From an uncultured Syntrophomonas sp. (GTDB lineage Bacteria > Bacillota > Syntrophomonadia > Syntrophomonadales > Syntrophomonadaceae), in NCBI GenBank assembly GCA_964501655.1, contig CAZCTN010000006.1, positions 29,206 to 93,205 on the forward strand: 64,000 bases of DNA. The letters are read 5' to 3'. The position numbers were made by a program, and so were the translations under genes. This document shows positions 49,687 to 60,238 of the stretch, one piece after another. Every line of letters begins with the position of its first letter. Within the stretch, counting starts at the first letter, position 1. Under the pieces are notes generated by a model. The model searched no databases and was not told where the DNA came from. It saw only the letters and a list, made by a program, of their open reading frames with translations.

Positions 49687-49920
49687 TTTATCTCCTCCTG
49701 CTCAATATTTTATACGTCAGGTCTATTCTACTTTAGTTTACCATGTACTGGCAGTTTTATTCAATAAGCTCTGGTAATAGACCAGGGTCGTAAGCTGATA
49801 TAGCAGTTACAGGTATAAATATAGTTCCTACTCATTGCTGTATGGTGTTAAAATCAATATGCAGGCCATAATTTTTACTGCTCGTAAGCTGGATTACATT
49901 TGTATAAAGGGTATGGCGTT

Positions 49921-51036
49921 ATGAAAAATAAACTGAACCTTATTAAGGGTGAAATCGCAGGTTCCATCGGTGACCTGGGAACCTTTCTGCCCTACATAAT
50001 TGGAGTTATAACCGTAGGGGGAATGGATGCTACCGGTGTGCTATTCATGTTTGGGCTCATGTATGTTTTTACAGGTTACTTTTACCGGCTCCCGGTGCCG
50101 GTGCAGCCCATGAAAGTGATAGGCGCGGTGGTACTGGTCAATGGTCTGACTGCAGGAGAAATAACTGCCTCCGGCATATTGATGGGACTGAGCCTGATCT
50201 TCCTGGCTTTAACCGGTCTGGCCGATAACCTGGCACGTATCACCCCTATAAGTGTGACTTCAGGTATACAGGCTGGTCTGGGTATCAGCCTGGCTATCCT
50301 GGGAATCAAATTTATCAGCAGCGATTTGCTGATAGGCATAATAATTCTGCTGCTGATGCTGCTCTTGCTGGGAAATCCCCGGATTCCTGCAGCACTGGCT
50401 GCACTGGCGGTTGGAATCCTGCTTACTTTGCTTATTCATCCGGAAATATCCTGGCCCGCTTTGGATCCGGGCTTCTATCTGCCGCATCTGGTCCTGCCTC
50501 AGTGGCAGGATTTCTACCGCGGCTTTACCCTGGGGTTCTTGCCGCAGCTTCCCCTAACCCTTACTAATTCAGTTCTGGTAACTGCTGCACTGGCCAGAGA
50601 GCTTTTTCCCGGGCAAGCCAACAAGGTGAGTGAGAAAAATCTCTGTCTCACCCTGGGTATTGGTAATTTGATCAGTATGCCCCTGGGGGGCTTTGTAATT
50701 TGCCACGGCAGCGGCGGATTGGCTGCTCATCACCGTTTCGGTGCTCGAACCGGTCTTTCAGTGACCATAATGGGATTATTTCTCTTGTTGGCCGCCGTCG
50801 TCCTCGGTCCGTCCAGTATTAAGGTACTGCAATTCATCCCCCAAACCGTACTGGGCTGTCTGCTTTTCTATAGTGGAATAGATCTGGCCGCCAACGTCAA
50901 AGGTCTGGAGGGTAAAAACAGTATCTACACTTTTGCAGTAGTAACCGTAATCAGCATTGCCGTCAATCCGGCAGCAGGTTTCCTGGTGGGAATCCCTTTG
51001 ATTTATGTTCTTAACCAAGGGTTGATTAAACTATGA
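49921..51036 (+). CDS. MOT1-type (MFS_MOT1 / sulfate-permease-related) putative molybdate transporter
   Basis: EIAGSIGDLGTFLPYIIG...YRLPVPVQPMKVIGAVV matches the MOT1-family N-terminal signature; polytopic. Confidence 0.7.
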   Translation: MKNKLNLIKGEIAGSIGDLGTFLPYIIGVITVGGMDATGVLFMFGLMYVFTGYFYRLPVPVQPMKVIGAVVLVNGLTAGEITASGILMGLSLIFLALTGLADNLARITPISVTSGIQAGLGISLAILGIKFISSDLLIGIIILLLMLLLLGNPRIPAALAALAVGILLTLLIHPEISWPALDPGFYLPHLVLPQWQDFYRGFTLGFLPQLPLTLTNSVLVTAALARELFPGQANKVSEKNLCLTLGIGNLISMPLGGFVICHGSGGLAAHHRFGARTGLSVTIMGLFLLLAAVVLGPSSIKVLQFIPQTVLGCLLFYSGIDLAANVKGLEGKNSIYTFAVVTVISIAVNPAAGFLVGIPLIYVLNQGLIKL

Positions 51037-51137
51037 TTTCTTTTCTAAATTACCAGCCTGCTCCTCAGCCCATGGGCTAATGGATTAATAATTGTTTCCA
51101 GACAGGCAGATAATGATAATACAAAGGAGCAGGAAAG

Positions 51138-51350
51138 ATGAAAAGCACCCAACCTTTTCCCGGCAGGCAAAGTGTACCGGGAGTACTTATCTTCATAACT
51201 GCGGGTATTCTGTTATACCTGTTGGGGGGTGAGCAAAGCCCGGTTAATGCTCCGCCTTTGACTCCTGCTCTGACAGCCGCTCTGCTGGTAAGCGGATTAA
51301 TAGCAGGACTGTTTGGTTCCCCCAGATTCATCGCCTCCCCTTTTCTATAA
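51138..51350 (+). CDS. Hypothetical small two-TM protein
   Basis: AAGGAG RBS 8 nt before the ATG; two hydrophobic helices. The 3' end overlaps a convergent gene, which keeps confidence low. Confidence 0.3.
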   Translation: MKSTQPFPGRQSVPGVLIFITAGILLYLLGGEQSPVNAPPLTPALTAALLVSGLIAGLFGSPRFIASPFL

Positions 51351-52107
51351 AGCTTTTAATGGCGCCAAAATATTTGGGGATATCTCTCACTATTATGTCA
51401 TTATGCCCTGCCCGTGGTATGATCAGTATTTCCTTGTCCTGAGAACCCAGTGCATTATAAACTCTCTGTCCCTCTTCCGGCAGCACCAGAACGTCTGACT
51501 CGCCATGTATGACCAAAGCAGGTATCTTTATAGACGCTATCATTTTCAAGCATTCGTTTTCTATAGTATCCAGAGACTTATTGGGTTTGTCTATCCCCAG
51601 GTGATAGATAAGCCGGTTGATGCTGGAAAAACCGCTTTCAATTATCAATCCTCTTAAGGTTTCCTGATAATGGCAAGCCAACTCCAAAGCCGATATGCTC
51701 CCCAGGGATCGGCCCATTACGAATAGATCCGACCGATAATTTCTTTTCTCCAGCTCATTCTTGATTGCTTCGTAAAGCAGATGAGCATCAGCGATAAGGC
51801 GGGTGAAGCTGGGGGTGCCGCCGCTCAATCCGTAACCCCGGTAATCTGCTACAACCAGGTTGATGTTCTGCTCCAGGTAAAGGCAAGCCAGGTCGTCATA
51901 ATCAGCTGCTACTTCTCCATTGCCGTGAAAATACAGTATCCATGGCCACTGCTCACTCTTGGAATAAAAGCGGGCAGCCACCTTAACCTTGTCCCCTGTT
52001 TCTGCCAACAAATCGAAAGCATAGGCCGGGGGAGGAGTGAAATCAGGGCGAGGATAAAAGAGCATCTGCAGGAAATGGGGTTGATCTGCATAAGAATAAT
52101 CCGGCAT
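51328..52107 (-). CDS. Alpha/beta hydrolase
   Basis: Nucleophile elbow GRSLGS; HG oxyanion motif (YFHGNG); C-terminal GHND. Confidence 0.75.
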   Translation of the reverse strand: MPDYSYADQPHFLQMLFYPRPDFTPPPAYAFDLLAETGDKVKVAARFYSKSEQWPWILYFHGNGEVAADYDDLACLYLEQNINLVVADYRGYGLSGGTPSFTRLIADAHLLYEAIKNELEKRNYRSDLFVMGRSLGSISALELACHYQETLRGLIIESGFSSINRLIYHLGIDKPNKSLDTIENECLKMIASIKIPALVIHGESDVLVLPEEGQRVYNALGSQDKEILIIPRAGHNDIIVRDIPKYFGAIKSFIEKGRR

Positions 52108-52278
52108 AGTTACCTCCTTTTTTTCTCTTTAGTGGTATATTCAAGCTCTACTGGCAGCTTCCTCCTTTATTTAACATTTTAGCCGCAAAATTTATCTAAA
52201 CAATATAAAAAGCAGAACAGTTATAGTACACTATTCAAAGCAACAGATTAAATATATGGATAGAGGTGGCGGTTGAGT

Positions 52279-53220
52279 ATGAAAATTTTAGTCTTTGGCT
52301 TGGGAGCACTGGGTACAGTTTACTCCTGTTTATTACAAAATAAGGGGCATGAAATTACCGGGATTGACTACCCGCCGGTAGTAGAAGCTGTTCAACAAAC
52401 TGGAGTGCGGGTCACGGGCATATGGGGAGATCACCACGCCCTTCTGACACAGGCAGCAAGCAATCTGGCCCATATTCAGGAACAAGACTTTGATTTAATC
52501 ATTGTGAGTGTTAAATCCTATGAAACCGGAGAGGTGGCTCGACAACTGCGGGATTTCATATCCGATAAAACTTATATATTGCTGGCTCAGAACGGATACG
52601 GCAATTTCGAAGCTGCGGCCAGCTTCCTGCCTCCCCGGCAAATCGTACTGGGCCGGGTTATTTTTGGCTCAGAAACCATAAATCCTGGAGCGGCTCGGGT
52701 AACGGTTATCGCTGATGATGTTATACTGGGCTCACCTGCCAATTTAATTGATATGGACATACTGCAAAATATTGCGCAGATATGTTCTCAGGCCGGTATT
52801 CCCACCCGCTCTTCAGATGAAATTATGCGTTATGTATGGGGCAAAATAATTTACAATTCAGCCCTGAATCCTCTGGGAGCCATACTGGAAGTTCCTTATG
52901 GCCGGCTAGCGGAGATAGTCTACAGCCGAAATCTAATGGACGAAATTATTGAAGAAATATTTGCGGTTTTAAAAGCATCCGGTCAGTCTACCATGTGGGA
53001 TGATGCCGAATCTTATCGGAAAGTTTTTTATTCCCAGCTGCTTCCTTCCACTGCCGCCCATCATGCTTCTATGCTTCAGGATATACAGCGGGGAAGAAAG
53101 ACAGAAATCGACTCCCTGAACGGGGCGGTGGTTGAACTAGGCCGAATACATGGAACGGACACCCCGGTAAACCGCTTTATTACCATGATGCTCAAGGCTA
53201 AGGAGGCTATGAGCAAGTAG
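52279..53220 (+). CDS. panE: 2-dehydropantoate 2-reductase (ApbA/PanE family)
   Basis: N-terminal Rossmann motif ILVFGLGALG; ApbA_C pattern (WGKIIYNSALNP, SMLQDIQRGRKTEID). Confidence 0.8.
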   Translation: MKILVFGLGALGTVYSCLLQNKGHEITGIDYPPVVEAVQQTGVRVTGIWGDHHALLTQAASNLAHIQEQDFDLIIVSVKSYETGEVARQLRDFISDKTYILLAQNGYGNFEAAASFLPPRQIVLGRVIFGSETINPGAARVTVIADDVILGSPANLIDMDILQNIAQICSQAGIPTRSSDEIMRYVWGKIIYNSALNPLGAILEVPYGRLAEIVYSRNLMDEIIEEIFAVLKASGQSTMWDDAESYRKVFYSQLLPSTAAHHASMLQDIQRGRKTEIDSLNGAVVELGRIHGTDTPVNRFITMMLKAKEAMSK

Positions 53221-53581
53221 CAGAAGCGGCCCCACCCAGCCTGGCTGTTGTTCGCCAAAAAAACACCATGAACTGCCATTGGCGTTCGCGGTTGCTCACC
53301 AGGAATAAGAAAGCCCGCTGGATCAACCTGAGCAGGTTGGCATCCTTTACGGGCTTCTTTTTAGGCATCGGGGAAGCGATCCGGGAGCAGTGTTATTGGG
53401 GTTCGCAGGCTCAGGAATAAACTTTGCAGCAGTTTTCAACCCGCTGCAGCCAGGCGGAAACTCTTTTTATATGCTCAGCCGATCAATAATAATTCGGTAA
53501 ATATTGTTTTCAGTTTTAATACCTTTGTCGAATGAGACCTAATCCCCTATCCAGGGAAAGCAGCTGACAGCAGCCCGGCAT

Positions 53582-53788
53582 CTAGTGCATAAATTTCTTG
53601 ACCGGAAATATTGCATCCAGTTCATTGAGCGGGATATGAACTATGTTCTCCTGATTCACTACTGCCAGAATGGCAATTTCTTCTCCGGTATATTCTTCCA
53701 GATAAGTACCAACCACGCATACGGTTATCATTACTCCGTCCAAATAAACTGTAAACAGGTCTCCTCGATTCAAATTTACCCCCTCCAC
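53582..53788 (-). CDS. Hypothetical 68-aa protein, overlapping the upstream amidohydrolase stop by 13 nt
   Basis: ORF only, plus the overlap with the upstream stop that would allow translational coupling; no family recognised. Confidence 0.3.
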   Translation of the reverse strand: MEGVNLNRGDLFTVYLDGVMITVCVVGTYLEEYTGEEIAILAVVNQENIVHIPLNELDAIFPVKKFMH

Positions 53789-54912
53789 GTTAGTCCGTCT
53801 ACCATGGCCATTTCCACTCGGGATCTAAAATCAAGGGGATGGCCGCTGTATACTACCAGATCAGCCTTTTGGCCTCGGGAGACAGATCCCAGTTCCTGTG
53901 ATACCTTCAGTATCTCCGCCGGCCAGGAGCTAATCGCTCTTAAAGCGGCATCTTCATCCAACCCTTCTCTTACCGCCAGGGCGGCACAGACTCTCAGATG
54001 TTCGATCGGCACTACCGGATGATCGGTAATCAGACTGAATTTTACTCCCCTCTCCGCCAGCAGGGCAGCGGTCCTAAAAGACGCTTCTTTCAACTCCACT
54101 TTCGCCCGGTTGATTAAGAAGGGGCCCAGGAAAACTGCAACATTTCTCTTCCGCAGTTCATCCGCTATGGTAACCGCTTCGGTACCATGCTGGATAACCA
54201 TGTCAATATCAAATTCATCCTTTATACGCAGGGCGGTCATAATATCATCGGCCCGATGGGCATGCACCAGCAAAGGAATTTCCTTTTTTATTACTCTTCT
54301 TACAGGTTCCATCCTAAAAAGCTCAGATGCTTGGTTATCCTCCCGATCAATATTCATAGCCGCACTGTACAAAGCTTCTCTCATCAGACTGGCATTGGCC
54401 ATCCGGGTTACGGGAGATTTTTTTTGTTCAGCATATACTCGTTTGGGATTTTCACCCAGAGCGGCCTTTAATCCGCAGGACTGCTTATATACCATGTCTT
54501 GCGGAGCGGAAGCCAGGTGTTTTAAAAATACCGCCTGCCCCCCGATAAGATTAGCACTGCCGGGCATACTCAAAGAGCGAGTAACTCCGCCTTTCAGGGC
54601 ATCGGCAAAAGCCAGATCCCAGAAATTGATGCCGTCCAATGCTCTTAGCTGGGGAGCAATGGGTTCGGCTATCTCGTTAACATCGCTTCCTTCTATCCGG
54701 TATATTTCCTCTTCCAGACCTATGTGGGTATGGCTGTCGATAAAGCCGGGGAGCAGGTATTTACCGGCAGCATCATATATAGTACAACCTTCAGGTATAG
54801 TGATATTCTCTCCAACCTCGGTTATCAAATCCCCATCAACTAAAACAACAGCATTTTCCAGCAATCCTGCTTCAGCCATAGTAAGTACTCTAGCGCCCTT
54901 TATTGCTAACAC
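53776..54912 (-). CDS. Metal-dependent amidohydrolase family protein
   Basis: FIDSHTHIG metal-binding motif; GTG start after AAGGAGAA. Confidence 0.8.
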   Translation of the reverse strand: MLAIKGARVLTMAEAGLLENAVVLVDGDLITEVGENITIPEGCTIYDAAGKYLLPGFIDSHTHIGLEEEIYRIEGSDVNEIAEPIAPQLRALDGINFWDLAFADALKGGVTRSLSMPGSANLIGGQAVFLKHLASAPQDMVYKQSCGLKAALGENPKRVYAEQKKSPVTRMANASLMREALYSAAMNIDREDNQASELFRMEPVRRVIKKEIPLLVHAHRADDIMTALRIKDEFDIDMVIQHGTEAVTIADELRKRNVAVFLGPFLINRAKVELKEASFRTAALLAERGVKFSLITDHPVVPIEHLRVCAALAVREGLDEDAALRAISSWPAEILKVSQELGSVSRGQKADLVVYSGHPLDFRSRVEMAMVDGLTWRG

Positions 54913-55048
54913 TGAATTCTCCTTCCTTATCCTATGATATTCTGCCTGCGGCTGTTCAAAGATAATCCTAGTATAATCTACCTGTCTTTTTCAATTATAT
55001 TATAAACTCGGGCTTATGTCCCCTTGGCCCTTAAGGTGGTTCTGTCCC

Positions 55049-55735
55049 TCAATTGCCGGCTGCTTCCACCAGAGCTCGAAATAGACTGGCGGCATGCTCA
55101 TCCTGCATGCATTCCGGGTGCCACTGAACCCCTAGTACCAGCTGCCTTCCATCATACTCTACCGCTTCAATGGTCCCATCCGGCGCACAGGCTGAAATTT
55201 TCAAGTCATGCCCCGGTATTTTTATGGCCTGATGATGAAAGCTGTTTACTCTTATCTCCTCACAGGCCAATATCCTTCCTAATTTGCTGGAACTTTGGAT
55301 ATATACGGGATGAAAGGCATAGTTTCGGGGTGCCTTCTGCCGATGCATAAAGCTTCCTCCCAGGTCTTGCTCCAAACTCCCCCCGGCCGCCACATTTATT
55401 ATCTGACACCCTCGGCAAATTCCCAGTATTGCTTTGCCCATACCCATAATCTTCCGGGTCAGTTCTATCTCAAATATATCCCTTACTGGATTGATCTCTC
55501 CCATATTTTTTTCCGGCCATGCTTCCCAAAATACCGGGTCTGCATCTCCCCCTCCGCTTAGGAGCAAACCATCACAAATAGCGCTGTAGGACTGTATCGT
55601 CTCTTGATCTTGGACCGGCGGCAGCATTACCGGCAAACCTCCGGCCCTGAGTATAGAGCTTACATATTTTTCTCCCAGCACATAGCTTTTTCCCCCGGCA
55701 TCATAATCGGTACTTACCCCAATAACTGGCCTCAT
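55049..55735 (-). CDS. Class I glutamine amidotransferase-like / peptidase C26 (gamma-glutamyl-GABA hydrolase family)
   Basis: GICRGCQIINVAAGG nucleophile elbow, HHQA, WHPE. Confidence 0.8.
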   Translation of the reverse strand: MRPVIGVSTDYDAGGKSYVLGEKYVSSILRAGGLPVMLPPVQDQETIQSYSAICDGLLLSGGGDADPVFWEAWPEKNMGEINPVRDIFEIELTRKIMGMGKAILGICRGCQIINVAAGGSLEQDLGGSFMHRQKAPRNYAFHPVYIQSSSKLGRILACEEIRVNSFHHQAIKIPGHDLKISACAPDGTIEAVEYDGRQLVLGVQWHPECMQDEHAASLFRALVEAAGN

Positions 55736-55851
55736 TGAATTCCTCCTGATCTTTCCTCCACGGGAGCATAAAAAAACAGGTTATTGATTACAACCTGTTC
55801 TGCTCCAAAAGTCAATCATGATTATGCTTATGTATGTTGTATTGCCAAGGT

Positions 55852-56199
55852 TTACATATCATTCAGCCCCAGGCTTACCTGCAAGGCTTGATCCACATTA
55901 GCCATCATACCTTCATCCAAAATCGCTATTCTCTGTTTTAACCTGGTTTTATCTATAGTCCTGATCTGCTCGGCCAGTATTACAGAATCTCTTTCCAGCC
56001 CATATTGCTCAGCTCTAAGTTCTATGTGGGTCGGCAGCTTGGCCTTGTTTATCTGGGATGTGATAGCCAACACGATGGTTGTCGGACTGTATTGATTTCC
56101 TATATCATTCTGTATTACCAGAACCGGTCTTATACCCCCCTGTTCTGATCCTACTACCGGATTCAACTGGGCAAAATAAATTTCCCCTCGTTTTATCAT
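55852..56199 (-). CDS. mazF: MazF/PemK (EndoA/NdoA-type) endoribonuclease toxin
   Basis: [31 protein letters not shown]; position downstream of alr as in Bacillus. Confidence 0.9.
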   Translation of the reverse strand: MIKRGEIYFAQLNPVVGSEQGGIRPVLVIQNDIGNQYSPTTIVLAITSQINKAKLPTHIELRAEQYGLERDSVILAEQIRTIDKTRLKQRIAILDEGMMANVDQALQVSLGLNDM

Positions 56200-56208
56200 A
56201 TAATTATA

Positions 56209-56487
56209 TCACTCCAACAATTTTTCTATGCAGGTGGTCAGAGCTTCATCCTCCAGTCCGGTAACTTCGCAGGCTATATTAAGATTGATCTGCGCCATTT
56301 CCAAATAGCCTTTTTTCATCTGTTCTCTCATTAGATTCCTTTTGCGCTCCCCCAGATAAAACTTGATGGCTTCTCTGATAATCTCACTGCGATTCTTGCA
56401 TTCTACGGCAGTTACACAATCCATTTCACATAAGAGACTTTCCGGTACCGTTATTATAATCCTTTTGGATACTGGCAAAGCGAACAC
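56209..56487 (-). CDS. mazE: Ribbon-helix-helix antitoxin (EndoAI/MazE-type)
   Basis: RIIITVPESLL...NRSEIIREAIKFYL RHH pattern; 9 nt upstream of mazF. Confidence 0.8.
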   Translation of the reverse strand: MFALPVSKRIIITVPESLLCEMDCVTAVECKNRSEIIREAIKFYLGERKRNLMREQMKKGYLEMAQINLNIACEVTGLEDEALTTCIEKLLE

Positions 56488-56575
56488 CCCCAGACATAGA
56501 TAGCAAACCCGATATACTAATTATATTGATAAGTAAGGCGGCTCGCAAATCCAATAATTGCATTTTTGTAGTGCT

Positions 56576-57694
56576 TTATACATAAATTCTGGGGACTCGC
56601 GAACTTACCGAGCATACTATCTCATAATTGATGGTGTTGGAAATAAACGCCAGGTCGTCTGCGGTTATGCCATCTGCTTCAGTTCCAAAGAGAACAGCTT
56701 CTTCTCCTTCAGTAATATCTTCTCTCCCGCTGATGTCAAACATACATTGATCCATACATATCGTGCCTAGAGAATTGGCTCGCTGGCCCTTGATCATAAT
56801 CCAGGACTGATTGGAAAACCTCCGGCTGTACCCATCTGCATATCCAACCGGGAGAGTGGCCACCCGAGTGTCCCTATCGCATATATAAGTACGGCCATAA
56901 CTTACTCCGTGCCCCTGCGGCAGCTTCTTGACCATACTCACCCGGCTTTTTAAGGTCATGGCTGGAACAATACCCAGATCCATACTTTTTTTCATATAAG
57001 GCGATGGATACAAGCCATAAAGAGCTATACCGGCCCTTACCATATCCAGATGGGTCTGGGGGTACCTGAAAATCGCCGCACTATTGGAGCAATGTCTGAG
57101 CGGTATCTTAATGCCCCTCCCTTCCAGCTCCTGGATAAAATCCTGGAAGGTCTTTAACTGCTCCATGGTAAAGTCATCGTCCTCGCCATCTGCTTCGGCA
57201 AAATGAGAGAAGATGCCTTCCATATTGATACCCGGCAAGGAAGCAATTTCTTGTATTGCTGCAATGGATTCTTCCCCAGGGGCGAACCCAATTCTGCCCA
57301 TGCCCGTATCAATCTTCAAATGAATATAAGCCGGTCGGCCCAGAGCCTGTGAGGCTGCTGAAAGTGCTCGTGCCATGGATACATCAAATATAGCCGCTCT
57401 CAGCGAGCAGTTAACCATAAAGTCTGCAAACTGCGGCGGTACATAGCCCAAAATCATAACCGGTACGCCGACATCCCCTAGTTCCAGAGCTTCATCCAGG
57501 GTTGCTACCGACAGAAAGTCAACCCCCTCTTCCAGGTAGATCCTGCTCACTTCCTTAACCCCATGTCCGTATGCATTAGCCTTAACTGAGGCCATGACTT
57601 TAACCCCGGGTCCTACAGCTTTCTTGACACAGCACAGGTTATTCCTTATTGCTGCTAAATTTATTTCTGCCCAGGTTGGCCTCTTATTATCCAT
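56576..57694 (-). CDS. alr: Alanine racemase
   Basis: PLP site VKANAYGHG; full length 372 aa. Confidence 0.9.
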   Translation of the reverse strand: MDNKRPTWAEINLAAIRNNLCCVKKAVGPGVKVMASVKANAYGHGVKEVSRIYLEEGVDFLSVATLDEALELGDVGVPVMILGYVPPQFADFMVNCSLRAAIFDVSMARALSAASQALGRPAYIHLKIDTGMGRIGFAPGEESIAAIQEIASLPGINMEGIFSHFAEADGEDDDFTMEQLKTFQDFIQELEGRGIKIPLRHCSNSAAIFRYPQTHLDMVRAGIALYGLYPSPYMKKSMDLGIVPAMTLKSRVSMVKKLPQGHGVSYGRTYICDRDTRVATLPVGYADGYSRRFSNQSWIMIKGQRANSLGTICMDQCMFDISGREDITEGEEAVLFGTEADGITADDLAFISNTINYEIVCSVSSRVPRIYV

Positions 57695-58142
57695 TATTGC
57701 TTACCATGGCTTTCAAAATATCGTTGCGGGTGATTATGCCAATCAGTTTGCCATGCCTTAATACCGGTACCCGGTTCACTTTTTTGTCCTGCATTATCTG
57801 CACAATATTACTGACTGTTTCATCTTCGTCCACTGCAACTACTTTAGTGGTCATAGCCTCTTTTACCCGGGAGGCGGTATACTTCTTCAGGTTGTTGTTA
57901 AACCGCATAGTATTTTCCAGAAAAATAATACTGTCAAAAAGGGTTATGTAAAAAGGCACCTTCAGTTCTCCTGCTTTGATGATCAGATCTTTCTCGCTGA
58001 TGATTCCTACCACCCTGTTTTCGGCATCCACTACCGGTATTCCACTGATTTTGTTTTCCAGCAGAATCCTGGCCGCTTTTTCCACACTGTCATCAGGTCT
58101 GGCTATCAGTACATCCTGGGTCATTATATCTCTTGCCCGCAT
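57687..58142 (-). CDS. CBS-domain pair protein
   Basis: Two CBS repeats (ISGIPVVD..., VNRVPVL...); 8-nt overlap with alr. Confidence 0.8.
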   Translation of the reverse strand: MRARDIMTQDVLIARPDDSVEKAARILLENKISGIPVVDAENRVVGIISEKDLIIKAGELKVPFYITLFDSIIFLENTMRFNNNLKKYTASRVKEAMTTKVVAVDEDETVSNIVQIMQDKKVNRVPVLRHGKLIGIITRNDILKAMVSNNG

Positions 58143-58195
58143 AATTATCCCCTCGCAATCTTTATAATAAGATTATATATGGCATTAAAATATTT

Positions 58196-59743
58196 TTACT
58201 CAAAATTTGCGATTATATCCGGAATCACGTCCATAATGTCTCCGGCTACTATTCCCCGTTCTCCCCGTTTTTCCTTGCATAAATCTCCGGCCAGTCCGTG
58301 AAAGTATACTCCGGCTACAGCAGCATCCTGGGGTTTCAGCCCCTGGGCTATCAGGCCGGCAATCATCCCGCACAGTACATCTCCGCTGCCTGCGGTTGCC
58401 ATCCCGGGATTGCCAGTTATGTTAATATATATATTCCCGGAAGGATCAGCTATTACGGTTTTGTTGCCTTTTAATATCAGGGTCACACCCCATTCCCGGG
58501 CATACCGGGCGGCAAATTCCAGTCGATTTTGCTGTATATCCTCTATACTCTCACCGGTCAATCGGGCCATCTCTCCCGGATGGGGAGTAAGTATCACCGG
58601 CACCTGCCGGTCCTTTAAGATTTCGGTATCATCCCTGAGGGCGTTGAGTCCGTCCGCATCAATAACCAGAGGAATGCCAGAGCGTTCCAGCACAAAGCGC
58701 ATCACGGCATTTCCCTCGGGATAACCGGACATGCCAGGACCAATAGCACAAACCGAAGCCGTCCCCAGCAAATTCCCAATGGCCGGAAGAGCCTCCGGGG
58801 ATATATACCCCTGTTGGTTCTCGGATAACGGTGCGGTCATTACTTCCATCAGCTGAGAATCCACAATGGGCAGCAAAGACTCAGGCAGAGCCGCGGTTAC
58901 CAGACCTGCTCCGACCCTGAGCGCTGAATAGGCCGACATAACTACGGCCCCAGTCAGACCTGGAGAGCCCCCTATAACCAGTACCTGCCCGAATGATCCC
59001 TTGTGGGATTCAGCCGGTCGGGGCCTTATCAGGGGCCTGATCATCTCATCATCAATCAAATTATTTTTCAGTTTATTGTTCTTCAGTAAGGCTTCCGGAA
59101 TGGAAATATCAGCCACCGTCAAGGTGCCGGCGTACTCGCGCCCGGGCTCAAAAACCAGCCCTAGTTTGGGCAGGGCAAAGGTTACCGTGTGAGCGGCCTT
59201 GATAGCTTCTCCGTAAACCTTGCCGGTATCTGCTTCAACTCCCGTGGGAACATCAACGGCTACCACCGGCAGATGACTCCAGTTAACCATTCTGACCACC
59301 CGAGCTTCAAAATCCTTAAGTGTGCCTTTGAATCCATTGCCATAAATAGCATCCACAACCAGATCGGCCGACAGGAGAGCCAGCATCAATTTATCCAGGT
59401 CTTCCTGTCCCTGCAGTTGAGAGATACTGGAACTGATTTTATTCAGTATCTGGTAGTTGATATAGGAATCGGCGGTTAATTCGTCGGAATACGCCATCAG
59501 AAAAGTCTCTACATTTACTCCCAAATTGACCAAGTGACGGGCTATCACCAATCCGTCTCCACCATTGTTTCCCTTTCCTGCCAGAACCACAACATTTGTT
59601 CCTCCTGCCTTCTGCAGCAAATCCTCTATTACCTCGGTGGTTCTAATTCCAGCATTTTCCATCAGCACAATGCTGGGAATACCATAGTCGTTGATGGCCT
59701 GGTAGTCTATTTCCCTCATTTCCCGGGAATTCAATAACTTCAA
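58196..59743 (-). CDS. nnr: Bifunctional NAD(P)H-hydrate epimerase / ADP-dependent dehydratase
   Basis: YjeF_N motif GKGNNGGDG plus a C-terminal carbohydrate-kinase domain (GPGMS, GSGDVL). Confidence 0.9.
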   Translation of the reverse strand: MKLLNSREMREIDYQAINDYGIPSIVLMENAGIRTTEVIEDLLQKAGGTNVVVLAGKGNNGGDGLVIARHLVNLGVNVETFLMAYSDELTADSYINYQILNKISSSISQLQGQEDLDKLMLALLSADLVVDAIYGNGFKGTLKDFEARVVRMVNWSHLPVVAVDVPTGVEADTGKVYGEAIKAAHTVTFALPKLGLVFEPGREYAGTLTVADISIPEALLKNNKLKNNLIDDEMIRPLIRPRPAESHKGSFGQVLVIGGSPGLTGAVVMSAYSALRVGAGLVTAALPESLLPIVDSQLMEVMTAPLSENQQGYISPEALPAIGNLLGTASVCAIGPGMSGYPEGNAVMRFVLERSGIPLVIDADGLNALRDDTEILKDRQVPVILTPHPGEMARLTGESIEDIQQNRLEFAARYAREWGVTLILKGNKTVIADPSGNIYINITGNPGMATAGSGDVLCGMIAGLIAQGLKPQDAAVAGVYFHGLAGDLCKEKRGERGIVAGDIMDVIPDIIANFE

Positions 59744-59746
59744 AAT

Positions 59747-60118
59747 CTATCCCCCCTTTGATGCAATTACGGCGGCCACTGCCTGTTGATCGGCATGGGA
59801 AAGACTGACTGACAGGCCGCTGATTCCAGCCAGCCCTCTCTTTTCCTCGGCCCTCCCATGCAAGCGCAAGTCTGGGCGGCCGTCAAGGTCGATTACTATT
59901 TCCACCTCATGATATTTGATCCCCGATGAGAATACGGGATCCAGCTTGCGGACTGCTTCCTTGGCAGCAAATCTCACGGCCAGTGAAGGATAAGGGTTAG
60001 CCTTATCCAGGCAGTAAGTCAGTTCTTGAGGAGTAAAAACCCGGTGCAGAAATCGGGGAGTTCTTTCAGCACTTTTCCTGATTCTGTCAATGTCAATTAT
60101 ATCTATACCAATTAGCAA
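59747..60118 (-). CDS. acpS: Holo-ACP synthase
   Basis: GIDIIDIDRI, FAAKEA, SLSH motifs. Confidence 0.9.
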   Translation of the reverse strand: MLIGIDIIDIDRIRKSAERTPRFLHRVFTPQELTYCLDKANPYPSLAVRFAAKEAVRKLDPVFSSGIKYHEVEIVIDLDGRPDLRLHGRAEEKRGLAGISGLSVSLSHADQQAVAAVIASKGG

Positions 60119-60238
60119 TGCGCACCCCCCTTATTTTTAGTCATACCTATAAACAATTTTACCACTTATCCGCCCCCATATAACAATAAACCCTGAAACC
60201 TATACGGTTTCAGGGTTTGAACCATTCCGGACCAGTAG

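Noticed and set aside
49687-49920. Moco riboswitch between mop and the MOT1-type transporter
   Set aside because: I could not find the conserved Moco-motif segments. Only a repeated 10-mer and generic hairpins are present.
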